From the NCBI GenBank assembly GCA_905178155.1, contig CAJINV010000005.1:736564-800563 (forward strand): DNA of 64,000 nucleotides. The letters run 5' to 3'. The notes under the pieces were generated by a model. The model was not told the DNA's origin. It made no database searches and saw only the letters and a program-made list of their open reading frames with translations. Positions 1 to 13,144 of this stretch are shown here, one piece after another. Every line of letters starts with the position of its first letter. Positions within the stretch are counted from its first letter, which is position 1. Source of the DNA: Amoebophrya sp. A120 (Eukaryota; Protista; Dinoflagellata). A program made the position numbers and the translations under genes.

Positions 1-403
1 GGCGACTTCGGATGGAGGTTTGGGCCACGCGATACCCGACCTGTTGCAGCCTCTGTTGCACCCGGCGCTGCGACCTCTCGTTGCAGTGCTGGAGCACGGT
101 TCGACCCACGTCTGTGGGCGGACAAGTGCGACGCCCGTAGCCACCTCTGTGGCGCGGACGTCGCGGCGCGGTCCCTGCTGCACGCCTCGCTGCTGTATCT
201 AGTAGAAGTACACAAGACGCTGCGAAGCAGCGCAGATACGCCTTTACTTATACAGAGCCGGAGTTCCACCACTGTGAAGGGTGTGACCTTTTGAGAACAT
301 ACGAAGTAAAAAAGCTGGCAGCCGTCGAGGGGCGCCAGCGCTTTGGGGATTTGGGAAGAAGTTTGTGTTCCGCCACGACATAGCAAATTCTACCCAAGTG
401 ACA

Positions 404-715
404 TCATGGATCAGGTACCAACAGGGCTGGAGGTGGAGGTGCTCCTCTTTCAGATGGAGTTGTAGATGAGGTAGGTCCAGACACCTCCTCTTCGTCATCT
501 GTTGATGACCAGCTGCTCTCGTTGTCGCTGTCGCTTTCGTGCGCGCAGGATCCGCAAAGCGTTAGACCACTAGCCGAATTAATATGCTCGTCCTGTTGCG
601 GTGGTGTAATTCTCCTGCTGTCCAAAAATCTTCCTGGCTGATGTTGCGCAGCCTTTATTCGTTGTCCTGCAAAGGTCGCAACAAACGCAAGGAAGAACGC
701 AAGAAAGGGGGTCAT
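404..715 (-). CDS. Possible secreted hypothetical protein (exon; may continue downstream)
   Basis: Hydrophobic N-terminus MTPFLAFFLAFVATFAG followed by an acidic/Pro-rich tract; no family motif recognised. Confidence 0.35.
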   Translation of the reverse strand: MTPFLAFFLAFVATFAGQRIKAAQHQPGRFLDSRRITPPQQDEHINSASGLTLCGSCAHESDSDNESSWSSTDDEEEVSGPTSSTTPSERGAPPPPALLVPDP

Positions 716-1341
716 CTTGTCAATGGGAGTGGCCTGTGGTCTCTACGCAGCCTGGTGTCGTGTGATCCTTTCGGCATCCGCTCTCACTCGCTCAGCTGAC
801 GAACCACCGGGCCTGTGGCCGCGGTCCCATCACTCATCCTCTCTGAGGTTAGAGTTGTGCACAATCATGCAGCTAACATGTATAATGGCCCTCGTTGACG
901 TTTGCGGACCAATAAAACTTTTGTTCCCCCCACTCGCGCGCAAGGCTGTTGAATTCTGATTCTGAAAATTGCAGCCAGTTTCTATGCATTTCGACGTCGC
1001 AGTCCAAAATTTTTATCCACTTCTTTGGAAACGTCTGTCTGCGTCCGGCTCTTGTCGAGCTGAGAAGGACGGACGTGCCGTGGGAATGGGCTATGGCCCG
1101 CCACTTCCGGAAATCAATGCAGCTGCTCGCGAGCGTTCATTTTTGAAAACGTAAATCATTCACAGTCGGTGCACAACCGCTAAAATCTTTATTCTCAAGC
1201 ATGAAAGATCGTGATGGACTTTGAAAACTTTACGCATGCAGCGTCTTCTTGGCACTACACACCCGCAGCTGAAGATAAAGCAAATGCGGTAGACGTAGAA
1301 CCGACCTCGATACCTCCCAGTTGAAGACTATCATCCGTCTT

Positions 1342-3966
1342 CTACTCATGCACAGCTTCAGAGGTGATCTTTTTCCCATCGCCAAAATTGTTCCCGTCGC
1401 GGTAGGACCGCAGGTTTTTCGGGAGCAGCTTATCCATGTCGAATGTTGATGCTTCCTCCTCGTCCCCGCGACCAGTTTCTCGTCCCGCCTTTATTCCAGC
1501 TGTAACTTCGTCTCCGACTAGACTTTTCGGTAGCCTTGCCAACGGAAAATTCTTCTTCGAGGGAACTAAAAATAATGTCGGGGGTAGCATCCGAAAATGC
1601 CGGTTCATCAACAGGGGCTTCATCGAATCCGACAGCGTCAGCTCGCAGCGCTGCCGTCTCTGCTGGGGCTTTTTCACAATCTCCAGCCACCGCTCCTTCA
1701 CCTCCCGCGCCGGCCGCTCACAGTGGTTGCTGATGTAGATCCAAGGGTCCCCGAAGTTTACGTCCCAATAGTGGTATTCTGTTGACACTCGTATCGTACT
1801 TGTAGTCATCGATTTAGCAGCTGCATTGAAGATTACACACAATAATTCCGAAGTTGAGAAAACTTTCTACTGCCGTTATTTTGTACGTAGACTACGTACG
1901 TACGAGGATGGTTTTGCAATGCATAAGTCGCACGACGCTTTTAGCGCGTCGTCCATCTCGTCCGTCCAGGGAAGTCCCTCTTTCGCGTACTTGCGGCCGG
2001 CAAACACAGAAAGCTGGTTCTCGGAATACACTTCTTTGGGAAACATGCCGTGGTTAAATTCGGTCAGAAAATGGATCAACTTCCTATAACCTGCTCAGGT
2101 GTTACAATCTCAAACGTTACCAATAGAATCTGGAACCTGCCTTGCATGCAGAGAATGAGGAACGTACAGAGTCTTGCGCTTTTCGCAATACAAATTTCGC
2201 CAGATGATTCTAGTGCGGTTTGGCACTCCAGAACTTGTCATGCGCAACCCTGTGCGAGTTGGCTAGATCATACACTTGCTTCTTGCAGCACAAAATCCAA
2301 ATTCTATTGTAACAGTTGAGATTGTAATGTCTGAGTGGGTCATACTTCCGCCGCTGCGCACCGGTCAGCCCCGGGATGCGCATCACCTTTTTTTGTCAGA
2401 TATCATAGTTTCCTACGCAGGGGCTACTTGTCGTTTTTTACCGTGCTCCAGTAGTTCTTAGGCCTATTGAATGGTAAAGGTGTAGACCAGGGCCCCTGGG
2501 ACCAGGGCCCCCAGGACCAGGGCCCCCAGGACCAGGGCCCCTAGGACCAGGGCCCCTAGGGGCTGGGGCCCTTACGGACTGGGGCCCCTACGGACTGGGG
2601 CCCCAGTCGTGTCTCAGAATCTGGCGTCCCGGAATCTGGTGTGCCGGCGTCTGGATCTGGAAGAGTTGGGGCGTCCCTCTACGTACAAAAAAAGCACAGC
2701 TCGACTTTCATGGTGACAATTTGAGATGTCTCTCGTTAGCACTTTGAGCTGCATCCCTGTCCACTCAAGCAGTGCTTTTGCTGGGAAACATTTCGAATAC
2801 AAACGGCGCCCGTCGCATTGTAAATAGATCTGGGTCTGCACAACTAAGAACTTGTGACGCGTGTCGAGGAATTATATAGAAAGCGAAAGAGATGCTCTGG
2901 GTAGTCAGCAGACTGCGTCACGTATTACGTGTGGCCTGCCTTCTTCCACCTCCTGGCCCGATGCTAGGACTTACATGACACGCATACTTGGTGGCCCAGA
3001 TACGCTGGCAGACAGCTCCGGTTCCGGCCGCGCCTCGCCGTGTGCCAGATTTTTCCGGGACGCCGTTCAGTCCGTAGGGGCCCCGGTCCGTAGGGGCCCT
3101 GGTCCTGGGGGGCCTGGTCCTGGGGGCCCTGGTCCCAGGGGCCCTGGTCTGAGCAGGGGCCCTGGTCTACCCGGATACCCTATTGAATACCCGATGCTCC
3201 TACCATCGTTCACCCGAAGGAGCAGCGCAGAATCTGGATCTGTCTCGAGGGAGTACTTTTATTGATTCGCGTACTACTTGCACCCAACGCAAGTGGTTGT
3301 AACTCAGGTTTCAAAACTATGACTATCGAGTTCGAGGACATATTAGTACGACGAAAATATTTTTAAACTTGTCTATACCTCTTTCTGATCCATGGAGGCG
3401 AAGTCTGCCCAAGACCCGTGCGGGGGGTCGAACAATGCTGCCACCTCTTCCAACTGATTCTCATCCTCCTTGAACAGGTCTGGGATGGCTTTCAGGAACC
3501 GCCGCACGTCCCAGCCTTCGGGCGGCGGCTTTGCGTATTCCCGTCGCACCGCGGACACTTCGGCCCGGGACAGCTCCTGCTTTTTCTCGGTAAGCCGCCG
3601 CTTGAACGCATGCACGTCCAAATACTGCTTTGGGTAGCGAACCCGAGGGTCGACCTCCGACTGCTTCGGATATTCCACGGTGGCAAAGAACCTGGTTGCA
3701 CGGGTGGTACACCTTGTCGTCCGGGCCGCTCGCGATAGCACAGGACAGCGTTTATCTGATACCGGTCGCCTAGTTGTACTTGTACGGTCAACATCAAAGC
3801 CACATGAAGATGGCGTCGCAAAGGCGGAGGACGTAGCCCGGGTGCAGTTTGGCAAACGGGGGATCAAACGTGGTGGACAAACATAGCGGCCTCGATAATG
3901 GAAAGGTCCACTGCTTGACGAGGAGCAGGAAGACGACGAGACGCCCAAACTAGTGCCCGCTCGCAT
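1342..3966 (-). CDS. IGR/SAM-like plus Myb-like protein, probably mitochondrial (FYV4/mS41-like); multi-exon
   Basis: Spliced reading ...WDVRRFLKAIP...WADFASMDQKE|VMRIPGLTGAQRRK|LIHFLTEFNHG...PWTDEMDDALKASCD|YWDVNFGDPWIYISNHCERPAREVKERW; Arg/Ser-rich presequence-like N-terminus; one GT-AG intron and two introners. Confidence 0.6.
1775..1925. mobile_element. Decayed TIR introner (family E-like)
   Basis: TAT...ATA termini; TSD agtgg/agtcg; removal gives in-frame CD|YWD. Confidence 0.65.
2085..2344. mobile_element. TIR introner (family G-like)
   Basis: ~50-bp imperfect TIR; perfect TSD cttcc; in-frame join RRK|LIH. Confidence 0.9.
2473..3179. mobile_element. Non-autonomous Mutator/foldback-like element inside a GT-AG intron
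   Basis: 9-bp TSD ctattgaat (2464-2472, 3180-3188); GGTA...TACC ends; long inverted arms built of ggaccagggcccc tandem units. Confidence 0.8.
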
Positions 3967-5668
3967 ACTTTCCCGCCTCCGGGTTCTGTCCTGTCTACCT
4001 CGAATCAAATCGGTACAACTTTGAACAAGAAGAAGCTGCGAATTGGGCGGCGGGCCCAGGCTCCGTCGTCGAGTACAATAATTCAAAACAACAAGAGGAA
4101 GAGCGCATGGCTATCTGAATTAAAGCAATTGCAACTACAACACTTGTACAATGACATACATTCTGGTCAAAGATGCAAACGACGCACAAGAAGAGCTACA
4201 ATCGCAAGCAACACTTATATAAAACTTGGAACATAGTAGACGACCGCTTTCTCATGCTCCTGGGCTACTCCTGTCACAGTAGGAAAAGGGCTTTCGAGCT
4301 GCAGATATCCTTCATCTCAGTGCAATTCAAGTTCAACAAACATTGAATGACCTTGTGATCATCATGGACATGGATTTGTGTGAGAGGTTGCAAAAGATAA
4401 AACCACCAGTGTGAAGGTGGAAGATCGTACTATGCGTGATTTAGACGTACATCATGAAATTCCCTTCAACGATAGTGAGTACTGCTACAGCTAAATTTCT
4501 GGATAAAGATTTTAGGTGCGCCGTGCGTGCGAAATCTTGTCCTGTTCCTGTTTGGCAGATTTTTTGTAAATACAGAGCAATATTCTTCTGCCCATGCGAG
4601 GTACTACTTTTATCTGTCGTACGCTGTATTGACCATGGTCATTCTTGCATATTCCAGAGAGCCTGAGACGGAACCCTCTCCTGCGCAGGGGTGCAGGCTT
4701 CCGACACAGAGCCTCAAATGCACCTGAAGCACCGCCTGTGAACGTCGGAGCATCCTTATGAGAATGCTGGAGTCGCAGTTTAAAGAATATAGCGTGTGGT
4801 TTCGATTATCTCCAAACTTGCTATGAAAGTACTAAATCGGTGGATCCCAAAAAAAAACCTGCGCGTAACAAACGGTTGAACCAAGTGGCTCTGGATATTT
4901 TGATGCATGGCTTTTCTTTCTCCTGTATTAATCTGTAAAAATCTCGTTCAAAACTAAAATTATTGCCACCCAAAAATCGGCGTGCCGTGATAAGATACTC
5001 AAAAGCACTGAGCGTTGCTATCTACAGCGAAAAAAAACTGACTGTAATCCTCAAAAACTCTGTATTCTTTAACTTTATCTTTTTTCTCGCAGGAAATATG
5101 ACGAGACCGTGACACTTCTTTATTCCTCGTACATTTCTATGAGGTGAAATAGAAATTGTTTGACAAGCGACAACACGAAAATACGTAAAGACTCGCGCAC
5201 ATCACAAGTCTTTGCCTCGAAGCGAAAAAAATTATTGGCTTTAGTGGACCCAAAAATTCTGTTTGTTCTAGGAAGCGGAAGTTGCCGCTCTCGCAGAGTC
5301 GCATGTCATTCTCTAGTGAGACAGTATTGCGCGCAGAAGTACTTATTCTCATGAGTTGCGATCTCCGAGCTTCTTGCACAGGTATCTGTACAACATATTC
5401 TAGCACGATCGGCCCTGAAGGTTTTCGCAGTTTTTTATGCCGGATTCTCTTGCTGCTTTCGCCTCAACTTGATTGGATTCACGACCAGCTACTTACATTA
5501 CAACTGTTTTCCGTCCACATTTATGAAGCACACTGAACCTGAAGGCCCGATTTTCTTGGAGCAATTCAAAAAATTATTTGTATCGACGGACGTAACACGC
5601 ACTACTGCTCGAGCCCTGATGAAGCAGTTCAACCGCATGCGATTCCACCCGACTGTGAATGATCGTAC

Positions 5669-5930
5669 TATCAAATGTAAAAATGTCTGGGTCTGGAAGG
5701 TTGGAACTTGTGATGCCAACTTTGGACTCTAAAAAAATCTGTATTGCATGGCCAGCAATAGGAGCCCAGTTTTTGCTACGCAGGGAGGGTATTTGTCATG
5801 CGCAATAGGCATCAGGAAGGCCTCTAAAAATTTGTGATGCCAGATCATGCATTACAGACATCCTGAGTCACGTGAAATATGCATGACAAACCTGGCAACC
5901 TTCCAGACCCAGACATTTTTACGTTTGATA
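5669..5930. mobile_element. TIR element family A1 (3'UTR or intergenic copy)
   Basis: TIR tatcaaatgtaaaaatgtctgggtctggaaggttg; perfect TSD cgtac; 262 bp. Confidence 0.95.
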
Positions 5931-6013
5931 CGTACCACGACACTGCAAAAGACGACCGGGCAATTCCGTAATTCCATTGGTTGTTCTTCCTTCTTCCGTG
6001 AGAACTTCGCGCT

Positions 6014-6861
6014 CTACTGCGGTTGCTGGCCAGCGGTCCCCGGAAAACCCGAGAAGGCCGCCATCGCCAACCCTTGCACGCCCGCGCTCAGCACACCGAG
6101 TGTGGCCATGCCCCGCCACATGTCCGCCGTCTCGCGTCTGGCCGCCTCGCGCTCTTGCGCCTGCGTGGGTTACGTTTTTGTTTGGGTTTTAGTTTTTCTA
6201 CTTGTTGTATTTTCATCCATTGTAAATGTAAGCGCCGCAACCCCTTGCTAATACTTCATGCAAACTTTAATGTGTTCTTTCACGTGTTGCACAGCAGATT
6301 GAAAAAATAAAAATAGAAACATGAAAAATACAGTCAATTCCCGGGCTGGCTCCACCTGGCGCCTCTTGCAGGACAAGCAGCTGAGGAATCCCCGGCGAGA
6401 CGGCTCCTCTGGCTCGGCATTCTTGGCGAGTGACTCGAAATGCTCCTCGGTCTTACGCGGAGCGGCACGAGAGCTAGAACCTGGAAGAGAGGTTTTACAA
6501 ACTTTTAGCAGGAGGAGGTAGAAGATGCTATTTGTACAAATGCTGCATCTTCACACAACACTTTTCTTTCCCCGAAAAACTCAAACTGCGACTGAAGATC
6601 CTTATTACCGGGCTCCGAGTTGCTGTCGTCGCTGTTATCCACGAAGCTGACCACCTTGCCGTCGTCCATTCCGGATAAGTTTGGATTGGACCCCGGCGCC
6701 TCTGTGGACTCCGTTTGGAACGAAGGAATCTTCCGCAGGTCACCGCCGATCGGGGAAGCGGACGTCGATTTGATATTACCGTCATCACGCGCTGGGCTGT
6801 TGGAGCGGTTGCGGCTAGTCATATTGGAACGGTAACGCAGGCCGCCCTTTCTTGGGGTCAC
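6014..6861 (-). CDS. Hypothetical protein, multi-exon
   Basis: ORF 6505-6861 plus downstream coding-like segments ending ...AFSGFPGTAGQQPQ*. Confidence 0.45.
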
Positions 6862-9385
6862 TGGCAGGGAGAGGTCGGCATCTGCAGTTTTATTTCAAGG
6901 AAGAAGTCGTGGAAAATTTGCATCAATTTACTTCTGATCGTGGTAAGAAGCTAGCACTTTTCGGAAAAAAAATCGCATCTACTTTCTTATTGGCGGAGCA
7001 GACCCGCAAAATCGCCTACCTCCTGGAACGGCAGCCAATACGCTGGTGCAGACCGCGGCTCCACACAGGACGAGGTTGCGAAAGACAGCCATTTTTTGGA
7101 ATACTTTTTGCAAACTACAAACGAATTTCAGAATTTGAGTGAGGCACAGGACTTGCTTAGAAGGATTTACTCTTGGCGTAAACGTAAAGTCGTGCACTGA
7201 ACTCTACAATTACTTTTAGTATGATCCTCAAACTGAAAAATAAATGCGTATAAGGAGGCCAACTGCAACTACTACGACCGGCCAGTGAGAACCATAAAAA
7301 GCACTGAAACTGTCTAGCAGAAGCTCAAGCTGTATAACATGCGATTAAGACCAATCAAACTTGGACTGTTTTTAGTTTCAGCGAAAAGTGAAATAAAGTG
7401 TGAAGAAGAAAAGCGCAACATAATACACGCGCTTCGAGGTGCTTCGACAAAGAGTTCAGACAGACTTTCCACTTCCGTCACAAGCGGCACGATAAAACAT
7501 ATAAATTAACCAAGTGCCTACTAAATACATTGGATCTTTTTGTCGTCGACGCAGGCATCTGATCTCGCAGGATGGAAAATGAACCTTGCATTGACAGCAA
7601 GACTTGTGAGCAGCATGGGAAAACAAAAGGGAAGGACCTAGTGAGGGACCAGAACAACATCTTCAATCTGTTTATCGCAGTTTTTCTTTTTAATCAAGAT
7701 CTCTGGCAATGCGAGTTTCAGGTTGAACATACGAGATAAGCAAGCGAGGGGCCGACTGTTGCGAGACTTACTACGTTGTACTGCAAGTCAAGACTTTATT
7801 TTGATGTTGTCTCGAGATACAACTGCATCTGCAACAACAGGTTGGTCTGTCCCAAGTTCTCAACACCAACAGGCATTTTTCCAACTATCGACAATAAATT
7901 TCTTTGAAGTTCCTTCTGAGCACGACAGCTGCTCGACCTTCAACTTGCCGGAGCTATTGCTATCGACAGAATAGATTCGAAGTATCAACAAATAGGCTTA
8001 CAAGTAACTGATGAACTTTTGCTATTGTGCAACATCACATCAAATGCATTTTTACAGGGCATCATCATCTTCACGCGAGACGCTCCATCGAGCGAACGAA
8101 CAAGGCTCGCCGGCGCGTGGAGTGGTGGTGCTAGAATACAAGTTTAATTTTTTGATAAAAGTCGCTATATACTTGAAACCCAAACTATGCGTAAGAGATC
8201 GTATATCGAACTTGGTTCATGGCTTCATCAGTGCTGCACTTTTACAACGGTGGTGGCGTAGTTCTTTGTGTCATCTACTTACTCTTTGGATCCTGCTCCA
8301 TCCCCTCTTTCAATTACTGTTCTCGACGGCACGAAGCGTGTGTGTTTCGGTTTATTCATACTTAATCTCGATACGCAAGAAAAGCCAAGTCAACTAGATA
8401 GGATTTCTGCGATCGGAAGTGACATTCCACGTTTTTTCGTGTTTCTACCAGCAACCGATACTCAAATTACCCCGTGTAGCATCCATTCCAGTACGAGTCA
8501 GTGCCATTTGCATTAAGCCGCAACCCGTGTCCTTGATATAAATATGGTTGTATATGTGATAAAATTTAATTCTTCCCCCGCCACCGCGAGTTCGTTTTGT
8601 CTCTCCCTTCCCCCGGTTGGCGTGCTTCGTAGTTCTAGTTGTTTTCTTGGTAGTTTGTTACCCATCCTCATGAAGATCACCCTATCCGTTCATGATTCTG
8701 TTTTGGCACCATCGTTCCTCTACTTCTACAGCTGCTTGTAAAAATTCCAATCGATGCCGTGCGTCGAGGTCTAACTTAGACCTGGAGCTGGGGACGATGA
8801 TCCTGCCGGCTGACTTCTCGAGCTCGGCGTTCGATCGGGTACACCACGTTCGATCGGTTATACCACGTTTTATCTCGCGGCAGTTCGTTTTCCGTATCAT
8901 GTTCCTGGTCCGGATGTTATTTCCGTGGCGCGGGCACCACAATACTGGGCTGTGCTGTCATGGGTCTCGCAGCCGCTGTCGTTTTGAATTTGATGATGGT
9001 TCGTTCATCCGTTTCTCTACTTTGCCAAGTTAGTAGTTCCTAGTTGTTGTAGTACAGCATAAGGCAGGCGCGGGGTTCTTTCTTTCTTCTTGATCTGTCC
9101 TGGTCCTGGGGTGGAAGTACGAGTACGACCAAGAAGAACTCCATAAAAGTCTTCCTCGTTGCAATGTTCTTGAGGTAGACGTTGTACTAAAGGTCGTACG
9201 TACTGCAACAAGTCCTGCTCGGGGGTTTGGTTTGGTACAAAGGAGCATGCAATGTCCGCCGTAGAAGAAGTCCTCGACGTCCTCCCGCGATCATGAACGA
9301 AGACACCAATTTTTCAAGCAGCATCTTCGAAAAGAACGCCGGAAGACACGACAGTCCCCACGACGGCCCCTTTTTCTGTTCCCTG

Positions 9386-12366
9386 TCACCCGGGCGTGAC
9401 GTATGAACTGCAAAAGTATCGTACTCGTATAAATGCATTACAAATTTCCTCAGCATGAGAAATCAAATTTGTAATGCAGATTTGACTTGGAAACAAGATT
9501 TGTAATGCAAGACCTGCATTAGCATTTGTACGAGTACGATACTTTTGCACAGGATATGACGTTTTCCACGACCATTTCCCCGGCTTCGCCAAACCTATGG
9601 ATGTGTCAGAATCGAAATGGACAAAATCGAAACATTTGTGATGCATAAAATGTAGACAATAGACACCCGTAATAGCTCGTAGTACCCTGTCATCTTCCAC
9701 CAAGTGAAACATCAATGGTGAGGTGCCCAGGGCCCCTGGAGGTGAGAAACGAGGGTGGCACCTATAGTCGACCATACCAAATGGTCAACCAGGAAATGAG
9801 GAAGTGGGTAAGGAACACAAATGTCCCGGGATAACAAAAACTGAATATCCCGCACAACCTCTGCCAACCACTGCCCTCGATTTCACAAATGAAAAGGCTA
9901 AGAGCCAATTCAACTCCGGCTACTCTTCCCGAAGCAAGCTCAACCACCTCCCACCAAGAGCGAGCAACGGGGCAATGCCCTGAGGGACCGTAGAGAATCT
10001 CCCCAACGCAGACGTCATGTGGCTTCAGCTCTTAGAGGCCGGCTGACGAATGAAAACGCACACCTCCGGCTGCAGCGGCACAGACCAGAGGGGCAGGGGC
10101 ATAGGAAGAATCGAACCGCACATCCAACTCGACCCAGGTAACCCAGAGAACCCATGAAATGTAGAGCAGTGAAGGCCTGCATTGGGGAGCAGGCATATGA
10201 GACCGATTGCAAGCCTGTTTAGGGGTATGCAATGTGATGCCAGAGTAGCATGACAGGAGCAGTTTTCTTCGCCCAAACAGCATGACAGACTGGATTTGGG
10301 TGCTCCCGAAATTTGATATGCGCCACTTGGAAACTGAGTCTCCAACTGGCATAGATTTTGCGCATCACAAATTTTTGGATTTTGTCAATTTTGATTCTGA
10401 CACTTCCATAAAAGCCCTCCGCCACGTAGTCCACCCCCAGTGAGAACCACCAACCGAGATCGTGCGGACTGTATCAAGGTGAAAAATGCCTCCACCCCCG
10501 AACTTGGGAGCATTTGTATTGCAAACCTTTTCAAATGAAACATTCGCTCTCTGGCACTTATCAGCATCACAGATTCCCAATCGTGAATAGCAAACATTTG
10601 CATTGCAAAAGACCCCAGCGAGAGTGGCGCTTGTCATGCGAGCGATGCGATACACGCCTAGAGTCTTTATCAGAAAGATTCATACTTCTTTTATGCATGA
10701 CAAAAAGTTTGCATTATTTGGAAACTTCGCATCACAAGTTTTTGCGACTTTGGTTGTGGGGGCATTTTTTCCTTGTGATAGACTGCCCACCCGGTTCACC
10801 TCCTTCATCAGGGACCCAAAGGTTTTGCTGAACCCGCTGTGCTCCATCTCCTGCGGGCGGCAGAGGAGTTCCAGATGGGTGACCGGTTTGCACAGGTAGT
10901 TGTACTCCTTTTCCATCAGGTCGACGAACGTCTTGTCCGGATTCTCGCGGTCGAAGTAGGCCTCATTCTCCACCCAAATGCGCGGCCGGTCCTTCGTCAG
11001 CAGCTGCTTTGCGCCTTTCACCACCGCGATCTCCATGAATTCCACGTCGATCTTCATGAAGTTAATTTTCTGGTCCGGCTTCAGCAACTTTTTCTGCCTC
11101 AGCGCTTCGATCGCGGTGTCCAGCGTCTTCACATCCACCAACTCCTTCCGCTCCTCCGCCTGGTACGCCAGGTGCTGCTGCTTCGCCTCCGCGCCCACCT
11201 TGTACTGTTCGGCCACGCGCATGGCGCTGGGGACGGACAACTTGGTCAAGTCCGGCTGGTACAATTCTAAGTGGTCGTTCGACTCCCCAATCGCATGCTG
11301 GAACGTGAAGCAGTTGGTCAGCCCGTTCAACGCGACGTTCGCGGTGAGCTGCTGAAACAGCAGTCGGAAGGGCTCGAACGCGAACACTTTCCCGCTCACC
11401 CCCACTTTCTCGGCCAACGGCACGGTGAACCCGCCCACGTTCGCGCCGATGTCCAATACCACGTCGCCCTCGTTCAGAAACGACTGCATCGCGTACGACT
11501 GCGCCAGGTCGAACGTGCCCCAGTGCCGCACCGCGTTGCCCACATTCATGTCCATGGCCGGGGCGAGGAAGTGGTGGGGCACGTCCCTTTCGATTTTCCC
11601 CAGGCAGCACGTGTCATAAGTGAAAAAATCGTCGAAGCAACCGGAAGCGGGGCCGGGTTCGCAACAAGATCGGACGTCCAGATGCGTGCCCCCCGGCCAG
11701 CACTTGTCTTGCCACGTTCGGGAGATCGGCGGCGTACGGTGGTTGGAAGTGAGAACGGTCGGGAAATGGACGCCACCGACCTGCGAATGCGATAGATTGA
11801 TTTTGCGATAAAAAATTAAGTAGCTTTTTCGTGTAAGTACGTATCTCTCACTCTAATTATTCATGGGGTACCCGTACCTGTGGTCTTCACCAACATGGAT
11901 GCAAGAGCAGCATACAATCGACCTTTACTTGTACACTGGGATCGAGAGGACCCTCCAACACCTTATGCTTATCCATTCTGGCTATGACTATGTGTTCTTA
12001 AACCAGAAAAAGTACCGCCACGCTCTTCCGATCCTTTCCCTCATCCAACTTCCCATTTTTCAACTCTTCCACGCAATTCGTGTAGAAATTGATGAAGTCC
12101 CCGCTCGTCCACGCGGAACCGAAGTTCTGCTGCGTGAACTCCGCGGCGCGGACCAAATCCAGGCAGTTTTCGCGACTGAGAAAAAACTGTTCCGGGTGGT
12201 CCAAGATCGCCTTGGCTCGATCTTGCCACGCGTTGTGGAGCGGAGCGTCAGCCAGCACCGACTCGACTGGGGACAGGCAGAGAATCTGTTGCACTTGTTT
12301 CGCGAACAGGAAAAACGCGGTGGCAAAAGGTGGCCTTGACGGTCGCTTCCTGCTCGGGAAAGCCAT
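9386..12366 (-). CDS. FkbM-family SAM-dependent methyltransferase (Methyltransf_21) with Cys-rich N-terminal region
   Basis: VVLDIGANVGGFT, VFAFEP and FMKIDVEFMEIAVVKGA motifs; C-terminus rebuilt across three introners (GS|PHDLGWWFSLGVDYVAEGF|GEAGEMVVENV|TPG*); link to exon 11998-12366 is inferred. Confidence 0.85.
9402..9556. mobile_element. TIR introner family E
   Basis: TIR tatgaactgcaaaagtatcgtactcgta; perfect TSD tgacg; 155 bp. Confidence 0.92.
9596..10410. mobile_element. TIR introner family C carrying a ~500-bp nested insertion
   Basis: TIR tatggatgtgtcagaatc/gattctgacacttccata; TSD aaacc/aaagc; other C copies are 308 bp. Confidence 0.85.
9657..10152. mobile_element. Nested insertion of unknown type
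   Basis: Flanked by cat(a/g)aaatgtaga duplication at 9644-9656 and 10153-10165. Confidence 0.6.
10472..10780. mobile_element. TIR introner family D
   Basis: Perfect TSD gactg; TIR tatcaaggtgaaaaatgcc/ggcattttttccttgtgata. Confidence 0.92.
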
Positions 12367-13144
12367 TTTGATGTCCAACTTTCTTCGGGAAAAAGGGGTT
12401 CTTCAGTAAAGTGGCGAACGCTTTCGCGTCCGAGGTGGTCTAGTAAATGAATTTTTTCATGAAGACTTATTTGCGACCCAATTTTTACGTCAGAGGTGAA
12501 GACGAAACATCAACAAACCAACATCAAAAAAATCTTCTTCGTGGAAAAGTAAAGCGAAAACGCTAGTCCGAGAAAGCGAGAGCCCAACCATGAGTGATGG
12601 CCACAAATGGGATGAGAAATGAATAGATACTAAGCAGAGAGTCGTGGAAGTTCTTAAGTCAAATTCAAATAGGGAGAGCGGCCTTGAAGGCATTGATTAA
12701 GTAGGTGTCATTTTTTTTCTTGTTAAACTTTGCTATTGCTCTACTCACGTGTAAATTTAACCAAAAGTGAAGCAGTGCTTCCAATTTAGTCTTTTCTTTT
12801 TCCAATGTGAAAAAGTACTTAATTGAAAGAATACACGATTGATGATGAATCGGTCACGATGATACGGCTTCTTCCCAAAACGACCCACAAACCCTCGTCA
12901 CACGACGAACAGCACGAATCGAAATTCAGGGCAAAATCTATCTCGCTATCAGCTCCGCCACCGCCGGCGAGCAATTGGTGATTGCGATCGATCCAAGTAT
13001 TCGTTCTTCCGAGTATCATCAAGATTTTGATTTTTTATGTTCTGCATACACAGTTGGAAGGCTTTTTTCATTTCGTCCTGGCAGCTAATAGTACTGCAAT
13101 GGCGATATTAGCGCTAGCGTAGACAACTTCACCAGAGTCCATCT

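Noticed and set aside
2483-3170. CRISPR array or collagen-like GPG CDS (ORF 2861-3265)
   Set aside because: The units are contiguous with no unique spacers and form the inverted arms of a TSD-flanked element
7300-9350. Possible gene or degraded element
   Set aside because: Only short ORFs without motifs; no consistent model could be built
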